NCBI GenBank assembly: GCA_965261975.1
Contig: CBDHEC010000056.1
Coordinates: forward strand, 105,572-169,571
Direction: 5' to 3'
DNA: 64,000 nucleotides
Origin: Alphaproteobacteria bacterium
GTDB taxonomy: Bacteria > Pseudomonadota > Alphaproteobacteria > UBA6615
Below, piece by piece: positions 9,342 through 18,772 of the stretch (within the stretch, counting starts at the first letter, position 1; each line of letters begins with the position of its first letter). The position numbers and the translations under genes are program-made. The notes under the pieces are model-generated. The model was given only the letters and a program-made list of their open reading frames with translations, searched no databases and was not told where the DNA came from.

Positions 9342-9995
9342 ATGAAGTTATTCGGCTACTGGCGCTCACTCGCCGCGTTTCGAGTACGTATCGCGCTCAA
9401 CCTCAAGGGCCAGCCCTTCGAGGTCGTCTCGACCGACCTGATCAAGGGCGAGCAGTTCGACCCGGAATATCTCAAGATCAACCCCCAGGGCGTTGTGCCG
9501 GCGCTGGTGACCGATGACGGGAACGCGCTGACCCAGTCGATGGCGATCCTCGAATATCTCGACGAGACCTATCCCGAGCCGGCCCTGCTGCCGACCGATG
9601 CCATGGCCCGTGCGCGGGTCCGGTCGCTGTGCATGATCCTGGTGGCGGACATGCACCCGCTGGTGGTGCCGCGGATCCGCAAATACATCACCCAGGATTG
9701 GGGCCATAGCGAGGAAGAACTCGCCGCGTGGATCGGCAACTGGACCAAGCTCGGGCTTGCCGCGATCGAGAAGCACCTGGTCGAAGACGGTACGTCGGGC
9801 AAATATTGTGAAGGCGATCAGGTGACCCTGGCCGACCTCTGCCTGGTGCCCCAGGTGGGTGCGGCGACCCTGTTCAAGATCCCGCTGGACGACTATCCGA
9901 ACTGCGTGCGCATCTTCAAGACATGCATGGAGAACCCGGCCTTCTTCGACGCGCGGCCGCAGGCCCAGCCGGACTTCCCCGAGGACATGAAGTAG
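9342..9995 (+). CDS. maiA: Maleylacetoacetate/maleylpyruvate isomerase (GST zeta class)
   Basis: LFGYWRSLAAFRVRIALNLKG, INPQGVVPAL, LTQSMAILEYL, C-terminal P..QPD. Confidence 0.85.
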   Translation: MKLFGYWRSLAAFRVRIALNLKGQPFEVVSTDLIKGEQFDPEYLKINPQGVVPALVTDDGNALTQSMAILEYLDETYPEPALLPTDAMARARVRSLCMILVADMHPLVVPRIRKYITQDWGHSEEELAAWIGNWTKLGLAAIEKHLVEDGTSGKYCEGDQVTLADLCLVPQVGAATLFKIPLDDYPNCVRIFKTCMENPAFFDARPQAQPDFPEDMK

Positions 9996-10007
9996 AAAAC
10001 GGAAACC

Positions 10008-10029
10008 GGGCGGCTCAGCCGCCCTTTTT
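10008..10029 (+). terminator. Putative intrinsic terminator of maiA
   Basis: GGGCGGC-TCA-GCCGCCC stem-loop followed by TTTTT. Confidence 0.55.
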
Positions 10030-10638
10030 CTGAGCCCCCGCCGCGTCCATCAGCTGTTCCAGCACCTCGTAGGGCTGGGCGCCGACGACGCCCTTGGCGT
10101 CGGCTACATAGGTCGGAACGCCGGTCACACCATACTGGCGGGATTTTTCCCAGTCCGCGTCGATCGCGGCCTCGAAGGTGCGTTTCTCCAGCACCTCGCG
10201 CGCGGCGGCACCATCGAGCCCGACCCCTTCGGCGATCTCCACCAGGAGATCGGCATCGCCGATGTTCTTGGCGTCGACGAAATAGGCCTCGTAGAGCTTC
10301 ATGTGGATGGCATCGCCGCCCGGCTGGGTGTCGGCCCACTTGCCGAGCTCCTGGGCCAGCCGGCTGTTGTAGGTGTGGGTGCGCTTGCCGTAGGGCAGGC
10401 CTTCCTCGTCCATCCGCGCCTTCATGTTCTGGTACATGGCGTCGAGATCGACATCGCGGCCGGCGAAAAGCTGTTCCAGCGACTGGCCGTCGGCCGGCGT
10501 GTCGGGATGCAGCGGGAAGTGAACGGTCTGGATGTCGACGTCGTAGGCCTGGCGGAGTTTTTCAACACGCACGGTGCTGAGGTAACACCAGGGTCAAACG
10601 TAGTCGGCGAAGACCTCAAGGGTCACGGGATCGGACAT
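10015..10638 (-). CDS. DsbA/FrnE-like thiol oxidoreductase, predicted selenoprotein (U15-P-W-C18)
   Basis: ATG at 10638 with AAGGA RBS. Reads MSDPVTLEVFADYV-TGA-PWCYLSTVRVEK in frame with the 10015..10572 ORF, which carries FPLHPDTP, GVTGVPT and GAQP. Confidence 0.88.
10562..10580 (-). promoter_or_regulatory. Candidate bacterial SECIS hairpin
   Basis: UCAGCAC-CGUGC-GUGUUGA, a 7-bp stem whose loop starts 20 nt after the UGA and has G at its second position. Confidence 0.6.
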
Positions 10639-10733
10639 GGTTGGATTCCTTCGTGTGAGACGGCCTGCACCATAGCAGAGACAGGGCCGGGCGCGATAAC
10701 ATTGCCGGGACCTCTCACACCCCGGAGCCCGAT

Positions 10734-11177
10734 ATGACCGACCACACGATCCCGTCCCGCAAGCTCACCCATGATGGCATCCGTGCCCTAATTGATGCTG
10801 CCGTGGCCAAGGCCGACGAGATGGGGGTGCCCATGGGCATCGCCGTGGCCAATGACGGCGCGCGGATCGTCGGCTATCTCCTGATGGACGGCGCGCGCGT
10901 GCTGGCCCAGGACTCCGCCAGCGCCAAGGCGATGACGGCGGCGAGCCACCGCATGCCGACCCACGCCATCGATTACAATATCGGCATGGGCCTGTCGGTC
11001 TCGACGCAAGGCAAGGTGCTGCCGCTGCGCGGCGGCGTGCCGATCATCATCGACGGCTATTGCGTCGGCGGCATCGGCTGCGGCTCGGGCACGGGCGAAG
11101 AGGACCTCGTGGTGGCCAAGGCCGCGCTGGCGGCGATCGGCGCGGAGATTCCCGACGACGACGCCAGCGAGGGCTAG
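10734..11177 (+). CDS. GlcG/HbpS family heme-binding protein
   Basis: AAVAKA.EMGVPMGIAV, MDGA, KAMTA, GGVPIIIDG..VGGIG.GSG...ED. Confidence 0.85.
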   Translation: MTDHTIPSRKLTHDGIRALIDAAVAKADEMGVPMGIAVANDGARIVGYLLMDGARVLAQDSASAKAMTAASHRMPTHAIDYNIGMGLSVSTQGKVLPLRGGVPIIIDGYCVGGIGCGSGTGEEDLVVAKAALAAIGAEIPDDDASEG

Positions 11178-12359
11178 GCGGCGTCGCGCCGGACCATCAC
11201 CACGAAGAAAAGCCAGGACAGGGTGGTGCAGCCGAGCATCAGCAGGCCGAGCTGCAGGAAAGAGGTCTGGACGAGGCTGGCCACCGCCAGGGTGCTCGCG
11301 AAACCGGCGCTCATCTGAATGAAGCCGCCCAGCGCCGCGGCGGAACCGGCGGTTGGAGGTGCGACCGCCGTGAGGGCGCCCGCCAGGCTGTTCGGCACCA
11401 GGAAGCCCGAGCCCCAGGAGTAGATGAACATCGGCACGATCAACGTGTAGGGCGTGTCGAGACCCATGAGCGCCAGCACCACCGTCGCGCCCGTTCCGGC
11501 AATCGCCAGGAGGCCGCCGATCGAGATCATCCGGGCCCGCGAGACCCGCTGCGCCAGCCGGCTGGAGATATAGTTGCCGATGATGTAGCCGGCCGGCGTC
11601 GACAGGATGAAGAAACCGAACGCCTCGGGGGGTGACGCCCATGACCACGATGAAGGCGATGGGAGTCCCGGCGATGAAGGCCTGGAAGGTGGCGCCCATC
11701 GCGCCGGTGCTCAGGCTGTAGCCCATGAAACGGGTCATGCGCGCGAGGCGCAGATAGGTCAGCGCGAGAGCGCCGGGACGGGTGTATTTGCGGGCCTCGG
11801 GCGGCAATGTTTCGCGCAGCGTCATCAGTGTCGCGAGCAGCACGCCGGCGCCGAGCAGCGCGGTGGCCAGGAAATTCGACTGCCAGCCGAAACGCACCTC
11901 GAGCTGCCCGCCGATCAGCGGCGCGACCATGGGGGCAACCGCGAGGGACATGCCCAGATAGGCCATGGCCCGCGTGGCGGCGGGCCCGTCGGTGGTGTCG
12001 CGCACGATGGCACGCGAAATGACGATGCAGGTGCAGCCACCGATTGCCTGAACCACCCGGGCGGCAATGAGGAAGGTGATGTTCGGCGCCAGCGCGCAGG
12101 CCAGGCCGCCGAGGGTGAAAAGGACCAGACCCGTGATCAGCGGCCGGCGCCGTCCGATCGCATCGGACAGCGGGCCGACCACCAGCTGCGCCAGCGCGAA
12201 GGCGCCGAGATAGACAGACACGGTCATCTGGGCGAGCGCCTGGCTGGTGTCGAGATGTTCCGCGATGGACGGCAGGGACGGCAAGAAGATCGTGATGGCC
12301 ACCTGGCTGGCCACCATCAGCGACACCAGCAGGGCGATCGGGGCAGGCTGATCCGTCAT
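11174..12359 (-). pseudogene. Bcr/CflA family MFS efflux transporter, frameshifted
   Basis: IFLPSLPSIA, GPLSDAIGRR, ARVVQAIGG. The frame breaks at a G6 run (11627-11632); removing one base restores VTPEAFGFFIL and joins the 11174..11530 ORF. Confidence 0.8.
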
Positions 12360-12473
12360 GGATATTGATGTCCCGGCTGGGATGTCGCGAGGGGCGGTTG
12401 ATGGCCCGAGTTGACCATTGCACTCGGCTGTCTTACCCCGCAGGGTAATGCCAAACGGGGGAGAAGAGGAACC

Positions 12474-13664
12474 ATGTCCAACGCAACCGACCAATGCGAT
12501 ACACGCACACGCTCCGGGCCCTTGGTGGGCCTCAAGGTGGTGGAACTGGCGGGGATCGGCCCCGGGCCCTTCGCGGCGATGCTGCTGGCCGACCTGGGCG
12601 CCGACGTCATCAAGATCGACCGCCCGGCCGATGCGGGCCTCGGGGTACCACGGGGTGCGGAGTTCGATCTGGCGACCCGCTCGCGACCTTCTGTTGCCGT
12701 CGATCTGAAGAACCCCGACGGCGTCGAGACCGTGCTGCGGCTGGTCGAGAGCGCCGACGTGCTGATCGAGCCCTATCGCCCGGGCGTGACCGAGAAACTC
12801 GGCCTCGGCCCGGACGAGTGCATGGCCCGCAACCCGAAGCTGGTCTATGCGCGCATGACCGGGTTCGGCGGGACGGGCACCCTGGCCAAGGCGGCGGGCC
12901 ATGACATCAACTACATCTCGCTATCGGGCGCGCTGCACGCGATCGGCGGCAAGGACAAGCCGACCCCGCCGCTCAACCTGATCGGCGATTATGGCGGGGG
13001 CGCGCTGTATCTCGCCTTCGGCGTCATGGCGGCGGTCTATGAGGCGCGCAGCAGCGGCGAGGGCCAGGTTGTGGATGTGGGCATGGTCGACGGCGCGGCG
13101 AGCCTGATGATCCCGGTGATCGGGTTGCACGCGTCGGGTTACTTCACCGACGAGCGCGCCTCGAACATCCTCGATGGCGGGGCACCCTTCTATGACGCAT
13201 TCGAATGCGCCGACGGGAAGTTCGTCTCCATCGGTTCCATCGAGAAAAAATTCTACGCCATCCTGCTCGACAAGCTCGGCCTTGCCGACGCGGACCTGCC
13301 GGACCAGATGGACCGGGAACGCTGGCCCGAACTCAAGGCACGCTTTGCCAAGGTGATCGCGACCAAGACCCGCGACGAATGGGTCGAGATCATGGAGGGG
13401 ACCGATGTTTGTTTCGCGCCGGTGATGTCCATGACCGAGGCGCATACACATCCCCACAACGTGGCCCGCGGCAACTTCGTCGAGGTGGCGGGAATCACCC
13501 AGCCGGGGGCGGCGCCGAAGTTTTCGCGCACACCCGGCAAGATCCACTCGCCGCCGTCGGTGCCCGGCGAGCATACCGAGGAGGCGCTCGCCGCCTGGGG
13601 GCTGCCGGCGGACGACATCGCGACGCTGAAGGCCGCGGGCGCGATTGGGCGAAAAGAGAGCTAG
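12474..13664 (+). CDS. CaiB/BaiF CoA-transferase (alpha-methylacyl-CoA racemase-like)
   Basis: GLKVVELAGIGPGPFAAMLLADLGADV, AGHDINY, NLIGDYGGG, LDGGAPFY. Confidence 0.9.
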   Translation: MSNATDQCDTRTRSGPLVGLKVVELAGIGPGPFAAMLLADLGADVIKIDRPADAGLGVPRGAEFDLATRSRPSVAVDLKNPDGVETVLRLVESADVLIEPYRPGVTEKLGLGPDECMARNPKLVYARMTGFGGTGTLAKAAGHDINYISLSGALHAIGGKDKPTPPLNLIGDYGGGALYLAFGVMAAVYEARSSGEGQVVDVGMVDGAASLMIPVIGLHASGYFTDERASNILDGGAPFYDAFECADGKFVSIGSIEKKFYAILLDKLGLADADLPDQMDRERWPELKARFAKVIATKTRDEWVEIMEGTDVCFAPVMSMTEAHTHPHNVARGNFVEVAGITQPGAAPKFSRTPGKIHSPPSVPGEHTEEALAAWGLPADDIATLKAAGAIGRKES

Positions 13665-13668
13665 CCTC

Positions 13669-14558
13669 GTGGCCACGAAGATTCCCTACAACCGCGAACT
13701 CGACTTCGAATATGGCCGGGTGGACGAACTCACCCCGCTGATCCGCCGGGTGATCGCCAACAACCCCAGCGCCTTCACGTTCCACGGCACCGGCACCTAT
13801 ATCGTCGGGCATGGCCAGGTGGCGATCGTCGACCCGGGCCCGGACCTGGCCGAGCATGTGGACGCGCTGCTGGCTGCGATCCGCGGCGAGACGGTGAGCC
13901 ATATCCTCGTGACCCACACCCACAACGACCACTCGCCCGCCGTGAAGGCTGTGCAGGCCGCGACGGGCGCGCCGAGCTACGCCTATGGCCCCCATGGCAC
14001 CCGGCCCGAGGACGGGGCGAGCGAGGGGGGCGCCGACTATGACTTCGCACCTGATCACGTGATCAGCGATGGCGATACGGTCACGGGCAACGGCTGGTCG
14101 GTCGAGGCGGTGCACACGCCCGGCCACTGCTCGAACCATCTGTGCTTTGCCCTGCAGGAGGAATCGACGCTCCTGTGCGGCGACCATGTGATGGGCTGGT
14201 CCACCTCCATCGTCTCGCCGCCCGACGGCGACATGGCAGCCTATATGGCCTCACTGGAGAAGGTGGGCCGGCACGAATCGCGGCCCGCTACTTCCCGACC
14301 CATGGCGCGCCGATCGATGACCCCAAGCCCTATGTGAAGGCCCTGCTGGCCCACCGCCACGAGCGCGAAGACCAGATCATGGCCGAGCTGGCGTCAGGCC
14401 CCGCGACCATCGAAGAGATGGTGCCGCGCATGTATGCCGACGTCGACCCGAAGCTCTACCCGGCGGCCGCGCGCTCGGTGCTGGCCCACCTGATCCACAT
14501 GGTGGAGACGGGGCGGGTGAAGGCGGACGGGGACGTGTACCGGTTGTTCGGTAACTAG
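13669..14558 (+). pseudogene. MBL-fold metallo-hydrolase (LACTB2-like), frameshifted
   Basis: ANNPSAFTFHGTGTY, THTHNDH, TPGH, GDHVM in one frame; YFPTHG...AAARSVLAHL in another; switch near 14262-14285. Confidence 0.8.
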
Positions 14559-14567
14559 GCTTCGCCT

Positions 14568-15209
14568 CTACTCCGGCGTGATGAAGTACTGGCCGCGCAG
14601 GAAGCGTGAGAGCGGCACCGGTCGCTCCGGGTCGGGCTTTGGCGGGTTGTGGATGTGCCGCTCGGCCTCGGCCATCGCGATGCGGGTGATGCCGGCCACG
14701 TCGAGCAGGCGGGACTCATCGAAACTCCGGAACGCCAGGTCGACCAGCTCGCCGTCGCCCGCCAGTTTGCCGTTTGCCTTGTCCGCCTCCACCAGGAAGA
14801 AGCGCGCATCGAACCGGCGCGTGCGGCCGGGCGGGGTGATGGCCCGGAAGAAATAGTCGAGGCCGTCCAGGTGCGGGTGCAGCACGCCGTCCTCGGCGTC
14901 TCCGATCAGCAGGCCTGTTTCCTCCCAGGTCTCGCGCACGGCTGCCGATGCGATGGCGCGCGCACGGGTCGGGTTGGCGGCAGCACGCTCCAGCCGGGCC
15001 TGCACGTCGGCGGGCAGCGGCGTCTCCGGCTTCAGCCGCCCGTCGTTCGTCTCCACCCGGCCGCCGGGAAACACATAGGCGTGGGGCATGAAGACATGGT
15101 TGTGGTGGCGACGCCCCATCAGCACCTCGACGGTGCCCCGGCGGCGGCGCCAGACAACCATGGTCGCGGCGTCGACGGGGCGGCGTGAACGTTGAGGTTT
15201 CTCGGCCAT
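14568..15209 (-). CDS. NUDIX hydrolase
   Basis: DAAT, VLMGRR, FPGG, AVRETWEETG, TPPG..RRFDARFF. Confidence 0.87.
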   Translation of the reverse strand: MAEKPQRSRRPVDAATMVVWRRRRGTVEVLMGRRHHNHVFMPHAYVFPGGRVETNDGRLKPETPLPADVQARLERAAANPTRARAIASAAVRETWEETGLLIGDAEDGVLHPHLDGLDYFFRAITPPGRTRRFDARFFLVEADKANGKLAGDGELVDLAFRSFDESRLLDVAGITRIAMAEAERHIHNPPKPDPERPVPLSRFLRGQYFITPE

Positions 15210-15229
15210 GCCTGGCGAATCCCGGGACG

Positions 15230-15883
15230 CTATTTGACCGTCGAGAAGGAGGTCGGCACCAGGTAGCGGTTCTGCTGGTCGATCACCCGGTGGCCGTTGG
15301 CGGCCTGGTAGAGCGGCCAGCGCGGGTCGGCGACGGCCTTGGCCTGGCGTTCCTCGCGGTCACCCTGGCTGTCCCAGTACCAGAGATGCACCACCTGGTT
15401 GATCTTGCCCGTGATCGACGAGAAATAGCCGATCAGCTGCCAGCCCGCGTCATCGATGACAGGTTTGGCCAGCGCCTTGGTGACTTCCACATAGTTGGGC
15501 ACTTGCGTATAGGCGATGGTGTAGGTGCGCTCGTCCACGAAGCCCTTGGGGCTGCCGTTGCCCATGAAGGCGAACGGCTCGACCACGTCGGTCGCCTGCA
15601 GAAGCCGGTTGAACTGGGAGACCAGCTTGTCGGAGCTTCCCTGGCGGTACTCGGTCCATTCCGGGTCGTTGTAGAGCGACGCCCGGCAGTCCTGGCGGAC
15701 TTGCGCGTTCTCCCACTTCCAGTAGTGGACGACCGAATTGATCTCGCCGGTCTCGACCGTGTAGTAGCCGGCCGGTTCGAACCCGTGCTTGCGCTGAAGT
15801 GGTTGTCCGACCTCCTCGACATTCTTCAGGAATGCCGGCATCTGGCCCGGCTTGATGGCGTAGCGGCGCGCGTCGACGATCAT
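15230..15883 (-). CDS. Tandem NIPSNAP domain protein
   Basis: Two repeats of R.Y...GY..TG.IN.VVH.W.W...R...DP.W. Confidence 0.8.
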   Translation of the reverse strand: MIVDARRYAIKPGQMPAFLKNVEEVGQPLQRKHGFEPAGYYTVETGEINSVVHYWKWENAQVRQDCRASLYNDPEWTEYRQGSSDKLVSQFNRLLQATDVVEPFAFMGNGSPKGFVDERTYTIAYTQVPNYVEVTKALAKPVIDDAGWQLIGYFSSITGKINQVVHLWYWDSQGDREERQAKAVADPRWPLYQAANGHRVIDQQNRYLVPTSFSTVK

Positions 15884-15993
15884 GCGCTTGTCTCCCCCGA
15901 TCTTGTCTGGCCGCGTGCGATTGCCGCCGGGCCTTATCGGTGTATCGTGACATTCTTTGCGGGCGGTTGAAAGCCACGGCCCATGGGGAGCAG

Positions 15994-16917
15994 ATGATGG
16001 AAGAGGCAAAGATTTTGCAGGTCATAGAGATCGGGGCGACCCTCGGGGAGAGCCCTGTCTGGTCGCCGGACGAGGGGGTGCTCTGGTGGCTCGATATCAA
16101 GGCGCCGGCGCTGCATCGCCACGACCCCCGGACGGGCGTCGACGACAGCTGGCCGCTGCCCCAGGAGACGGGCTCGATTGTTCTGCGCGAAGGCGGCGGA
16201 TTGGTGGGCGCGTTGCGGGGCGGGTTCGCGTTTCTCGACCTGGGGGCGCCGGGCGAGATGATTCGGCCGGACTGGATCGGCGACCCGGAGCCCGACCGGC
16301 CGGTCAACCGGCTGAACGATGGCCGCGCCGATCGTCAGGGCCGCTTCTGGGCCGGGTCGATGCACGACCCCGATGGTCCCCCCCAGACATATTTCGAGCG
16401 CGAGCCGGTCGGTGCGTTTCATCGACTGGATGCGGACGGGTCCATGCACCGGATGATCGACGGGATACTGGTGTCCAACGGGCTGTGCTGGTCACCCGAT
16501 GGGACAACCATGTACACGGCGAATTCCCCGACCCGCGAAATGCATGCCTGGGACTATGACCCGGCGACCGGCGATATCGCGAACGAGCGCGTTTTCGCGA
16601 CATTCCCCGAGGAAGACGGACGCGGCACCCCGGACGGGGCGATCGTCGATGCCGAGGGTGGAGTCTGGGTGGCGGAGTTTCGCGCGGGCCGTGTCACGAG
16701 GCTGACCCCCGATGGTGATGTCGATCGAATGATCGCGCTGCCGGTGAGCCGGGTGACCTGTCCGATGTTCGGCGGGCCCGATCTCGAGACGCTCTATGTC
16801 ACCACCGCGCGGATCATGCTGACCCCCGACGAACTGGCGCGCGAACCCCTCGCCGGCGCTCTCTTCGCTCTCGATGCCGGGGTCAGCGGGCTACCCGAGG
16901 CGGCATTCCCCGGATAA
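15994..16917 (+). CDS. SMP-30/gluconolactonase/LRE family protein
   Basis: LGESPVW, NRLNDG, SNGLCWSPDG, PDGAIVDAEG, FGGPDL.TLYVTTA. Confidence 0.9.
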   Translation: MMEEAKILQVIEIGATLGESPVWSPDEGVLWWLDIKAPALHRHDPRTGVDDSWPLPQETGSIVLREGGGLVGALRGGFAFLDLGAPGEMIRPDWIGDPEPDRPVNRLNDGRADRQGRFWAGSMHDPDGPPQTYFEREPVGAFHRLDADGSMHRMIDGILVSNGLCWSPDGTTMYTANSPTREMHAWDYDPATGDIANERVFATFPEEDGRGTPDGAIVDAEGGVWVAEFRAGRVTRLTPDGDVDRMIALPVSRVTCPMFGGPDLETLYVTTARIMLTPDELAREPLAGALFALDAGVSGLPEAAFPG

Positions 16918-17025
16918 CCCTCCGAAACCCGTGCCGCGATCGGCATGGAATTGCCTCAATCCCGACACCCGACAGCCCAGTTGCGCCGTCAGCCTTCAAT
17001 CAGCCCTGTCAGGGAGGAGCGACGG

Positions 17026-17424
17026 ATGCGCGGGTTAACGGTGGTTGCATGGGTCATTGGCGGTTTGCCAGTTGTGGCGTTTGCCGCGACGCTCGCCTTG
17101 ACCGACGGCGCACCGATACGCGCACCGTCCGCAGGGTCAGGGATGCCGGCCGCGGCACGCGCGGCGCCGGACTGGCTAGGGCAACCGGCCCTCGCGACGC
17201 CCGCCGGCATCCCTACTCGTGCCTGGGACCAAGCGCCCCGGACGGTCGTGAGCTGGAAACCGCCGCCCGCGGCCGAGTTTCGACATGACCGTACCCGGGC
17301 GGGGTGGGACCAGCTGCGGCGGCTCGCCGAGTCCGGCGACCGGGACGCGATGGTGTTTCTCACATTGATGCGGGCCGGTGCGATCCCCGGCGCGGGACAC
17401 GGGACCAGCCTGCCGGCACCTTGA
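17026..17424 (+). CDS. Hypothetical protein with N-terminal hydrophobic segment
   Basis: GGAGGAG RBS before ATG; hydrophobic N-terminus; no family recognised. Confidence 0.45.
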   Translation: MRGLTVVAWVIGGLPVVAFAATLALTDGAPIRAPSAGSGMPAAARAAPDWLGQPALATPAGIPTRAWDQAPRTVVSWKPPPAAEFRHDRTRAGWDQLRRLAESGDRDAMVFLTLMRAGAIPGAGHGTSLPAP

Positions 17425-17447
17425 AATTTGCCGTTTCGAAACCATTT
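17420..17447 (+). promoter_or_regulatory. Sigma32 (RpoH)-like promoter
   Basis: CTTGAA-N16-CCATTT upstream of the Hsp20 gene. Confidence 0.65.
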
Positions 17448-17503
17448 AATGTCTACGCTGTGAGGCTCATGCGAGCGCATGGCGATCGAAATCAGGGGTG
17501 CCG

Positions 17504-17595
17504 TAATCGGGCCCCAAGGACCGTGATGCCGGCGGAGACTATGAAACCGGCTGGTGTCGCGGCCCGGAACTCGCTCGAAAGGAGGAGTGACGGCA
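17504..17595 (+). promoter_or_regulatory. ROSE-like RNA thermometer in the hsp20 5' UTR
   Basis: Two GC-rich hairpins, then ACUC-G-CUC/GAAAG/GAG-GAGU (17569-17588) in which the UCGCU motif sequesters the SD with a bulged G. Confidence 0.62.
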
Positions 17596-18048
17596 ATGCC
17601 ACGTTTGTCCCCGCTCAACAGCCCGTTGATGCTTGGATTCGATGAGTTCGAACGCACGCTCGAACGTATCTCCAAGGCCTCTTCGGACGGCTATCCCCCT
17701 TACAATATCGAACGCATCGGCGAGAATTTGCTGCGGATCACCCTCGCGGTGGCCGGATTTGCGCGCGACGATCTCGATATTGAACTCGAAGACAGCCAGC
17801 TCACGGTGCGCGGCCGCCAGGCCGAGCAGGAGGCGCGGGAGTATCTGCATCGCGGGATCGCCACGCGCATGTTTCAGCGCAGTTTCGTGCTGGCAGACGG
17901 TGTCGAGGTGACGGCGGCGTCGCTCGACAATGGCCTGCTGCATATCGATGTGTCGCTGCCGCGGCCCGAACGCAATGTGCGCAAGATCGAGATCGAAGGC
18001 GAGGGTTCGCCAGCCCTCGATATGGAGACGAAAGGACAGGCATCATGA
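17596..18048 (+). CDS. Small heat shock protein Hsp20 (IbpA-like)
   Basis: GYPPYNIE, ITLAVAGF, YLHRGIA.R.F.R.F.LA, NGLLHI. Confidence 0.92.
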   Translation: MPRLSPLNSPLMLGFDEFERTLERISKASSDGYPPYNIERIGENLLRITLAVAGFARDDLDIELEDSQLTVRGRQAEQEAREYLHRGIATRMFQRSFVLADGVEVTAASLDNGLLHIDVSLPRPERNVRKIEIEGEGSPALDMETKGQAS

Positions 18049-18254
18049 TCATGAATGATGAAAAATTCAGCCCCGATCAATTTGCGGCGCTGGGCGTCGA
18101 TCGTGTTGCCTATGTGCGCCCGGCAGTGGTCGATGGCCGCACCGTCTATGCGATCCACAATGCCGACGGGAATGAAATGGGCATGATGGCCGAGCGCGAC
18201 ATCGCGTTCGCGGCGGTCAAGCAGCATGACATGGAGCCTGTCAGCGTTCACTAA
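18045..18254 (+). CDS. DUF1150 family protein
   Basis: FAALG...AYVR, YAIH.ADG, C-terminal VSVH; usual Hsp20 neighbour. Confidence 0.8.
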   Translation: MIMNDEKFSPDQFAALGVDRVAYVRPAVVDGRTVYAIHNADGNEMGMMAERDIAFAAVKQHDMEPVSVH

Positions 18255-18279
18255 GTGGGCGCGCTGACGGCGCGCGGAC

Positions 18280-18762
18280 TTAGCTGGCGGCGCGAAGCGT
18301 CTCGGTGGCGGTAAAGCCGGTCTCGATCAACAAGGCGTAGATGGCATCCGGGCTGTCGGAACCACGCAGCTTGTCGCAAAAGGCCCGGTCGCGCATGATT
18401 CGCGAGACCCGCGCGAGCGCCTTCAGGTGGTCGGCGCCGGCACCCTCTGGGGCAAGCAGCAGAAACACCAGATCCACCGGCTCATCGTCGATCGCATCGA
18501 AATCCACGGGCTTCTCGAGACGTGCGAACACGCCCTGCAAATGGCCGAGCCCGGGCAGTTTGCCATGGGGTATCGCAAGGCCGGCGCCCACACCGGTCGA
18601 GCCCAGGCGTTCGCGTTCGACCAGGATATCGAACACCCGGCGCGCATCGGTTTTGAGGATTTCGCCCGCGGCTTTCGACAGTTCCTGCAGGACCTGTTTC
18701 TTGCTGGTCGCATGCAGGTCGGCGATGACGCTGCCCGGTTCGAGAATGTCTTCGATATTCAT
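18280..18762 (-). CDS. ptsN: PTS IIA-like nitrogen regulatory protein
   Basis: SKKQVL, RERLGSTG.G.G.AIPH, HLKALARVSR; follows hpf/rpoN. Confidence 0.93.
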   Translation of the reverse strand: MNIEDILEPGSVIADLHATSKKQVLQELSKAAGEILKTDARRVFDILVERERLGSTGVGAGLAIPHGKLPGLGHLQGVFARLEKPVDFDAIDDEPVDLVFLLLAPEGAGADHLKALARVSRIMRDRAFCDKLRGSDSPDAIYALLIETGFTATETLRAAS

Positions 18763-18772
18763 GAGCTGTCCG

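Noticed and set aside
10788-12902. 704-aa minus-strand ORF that looks like a fusion
   Set aside because: It combines antisense CaiB sequence, the real Bcr N-terminus and out-of-frame read-through after the frameshift.
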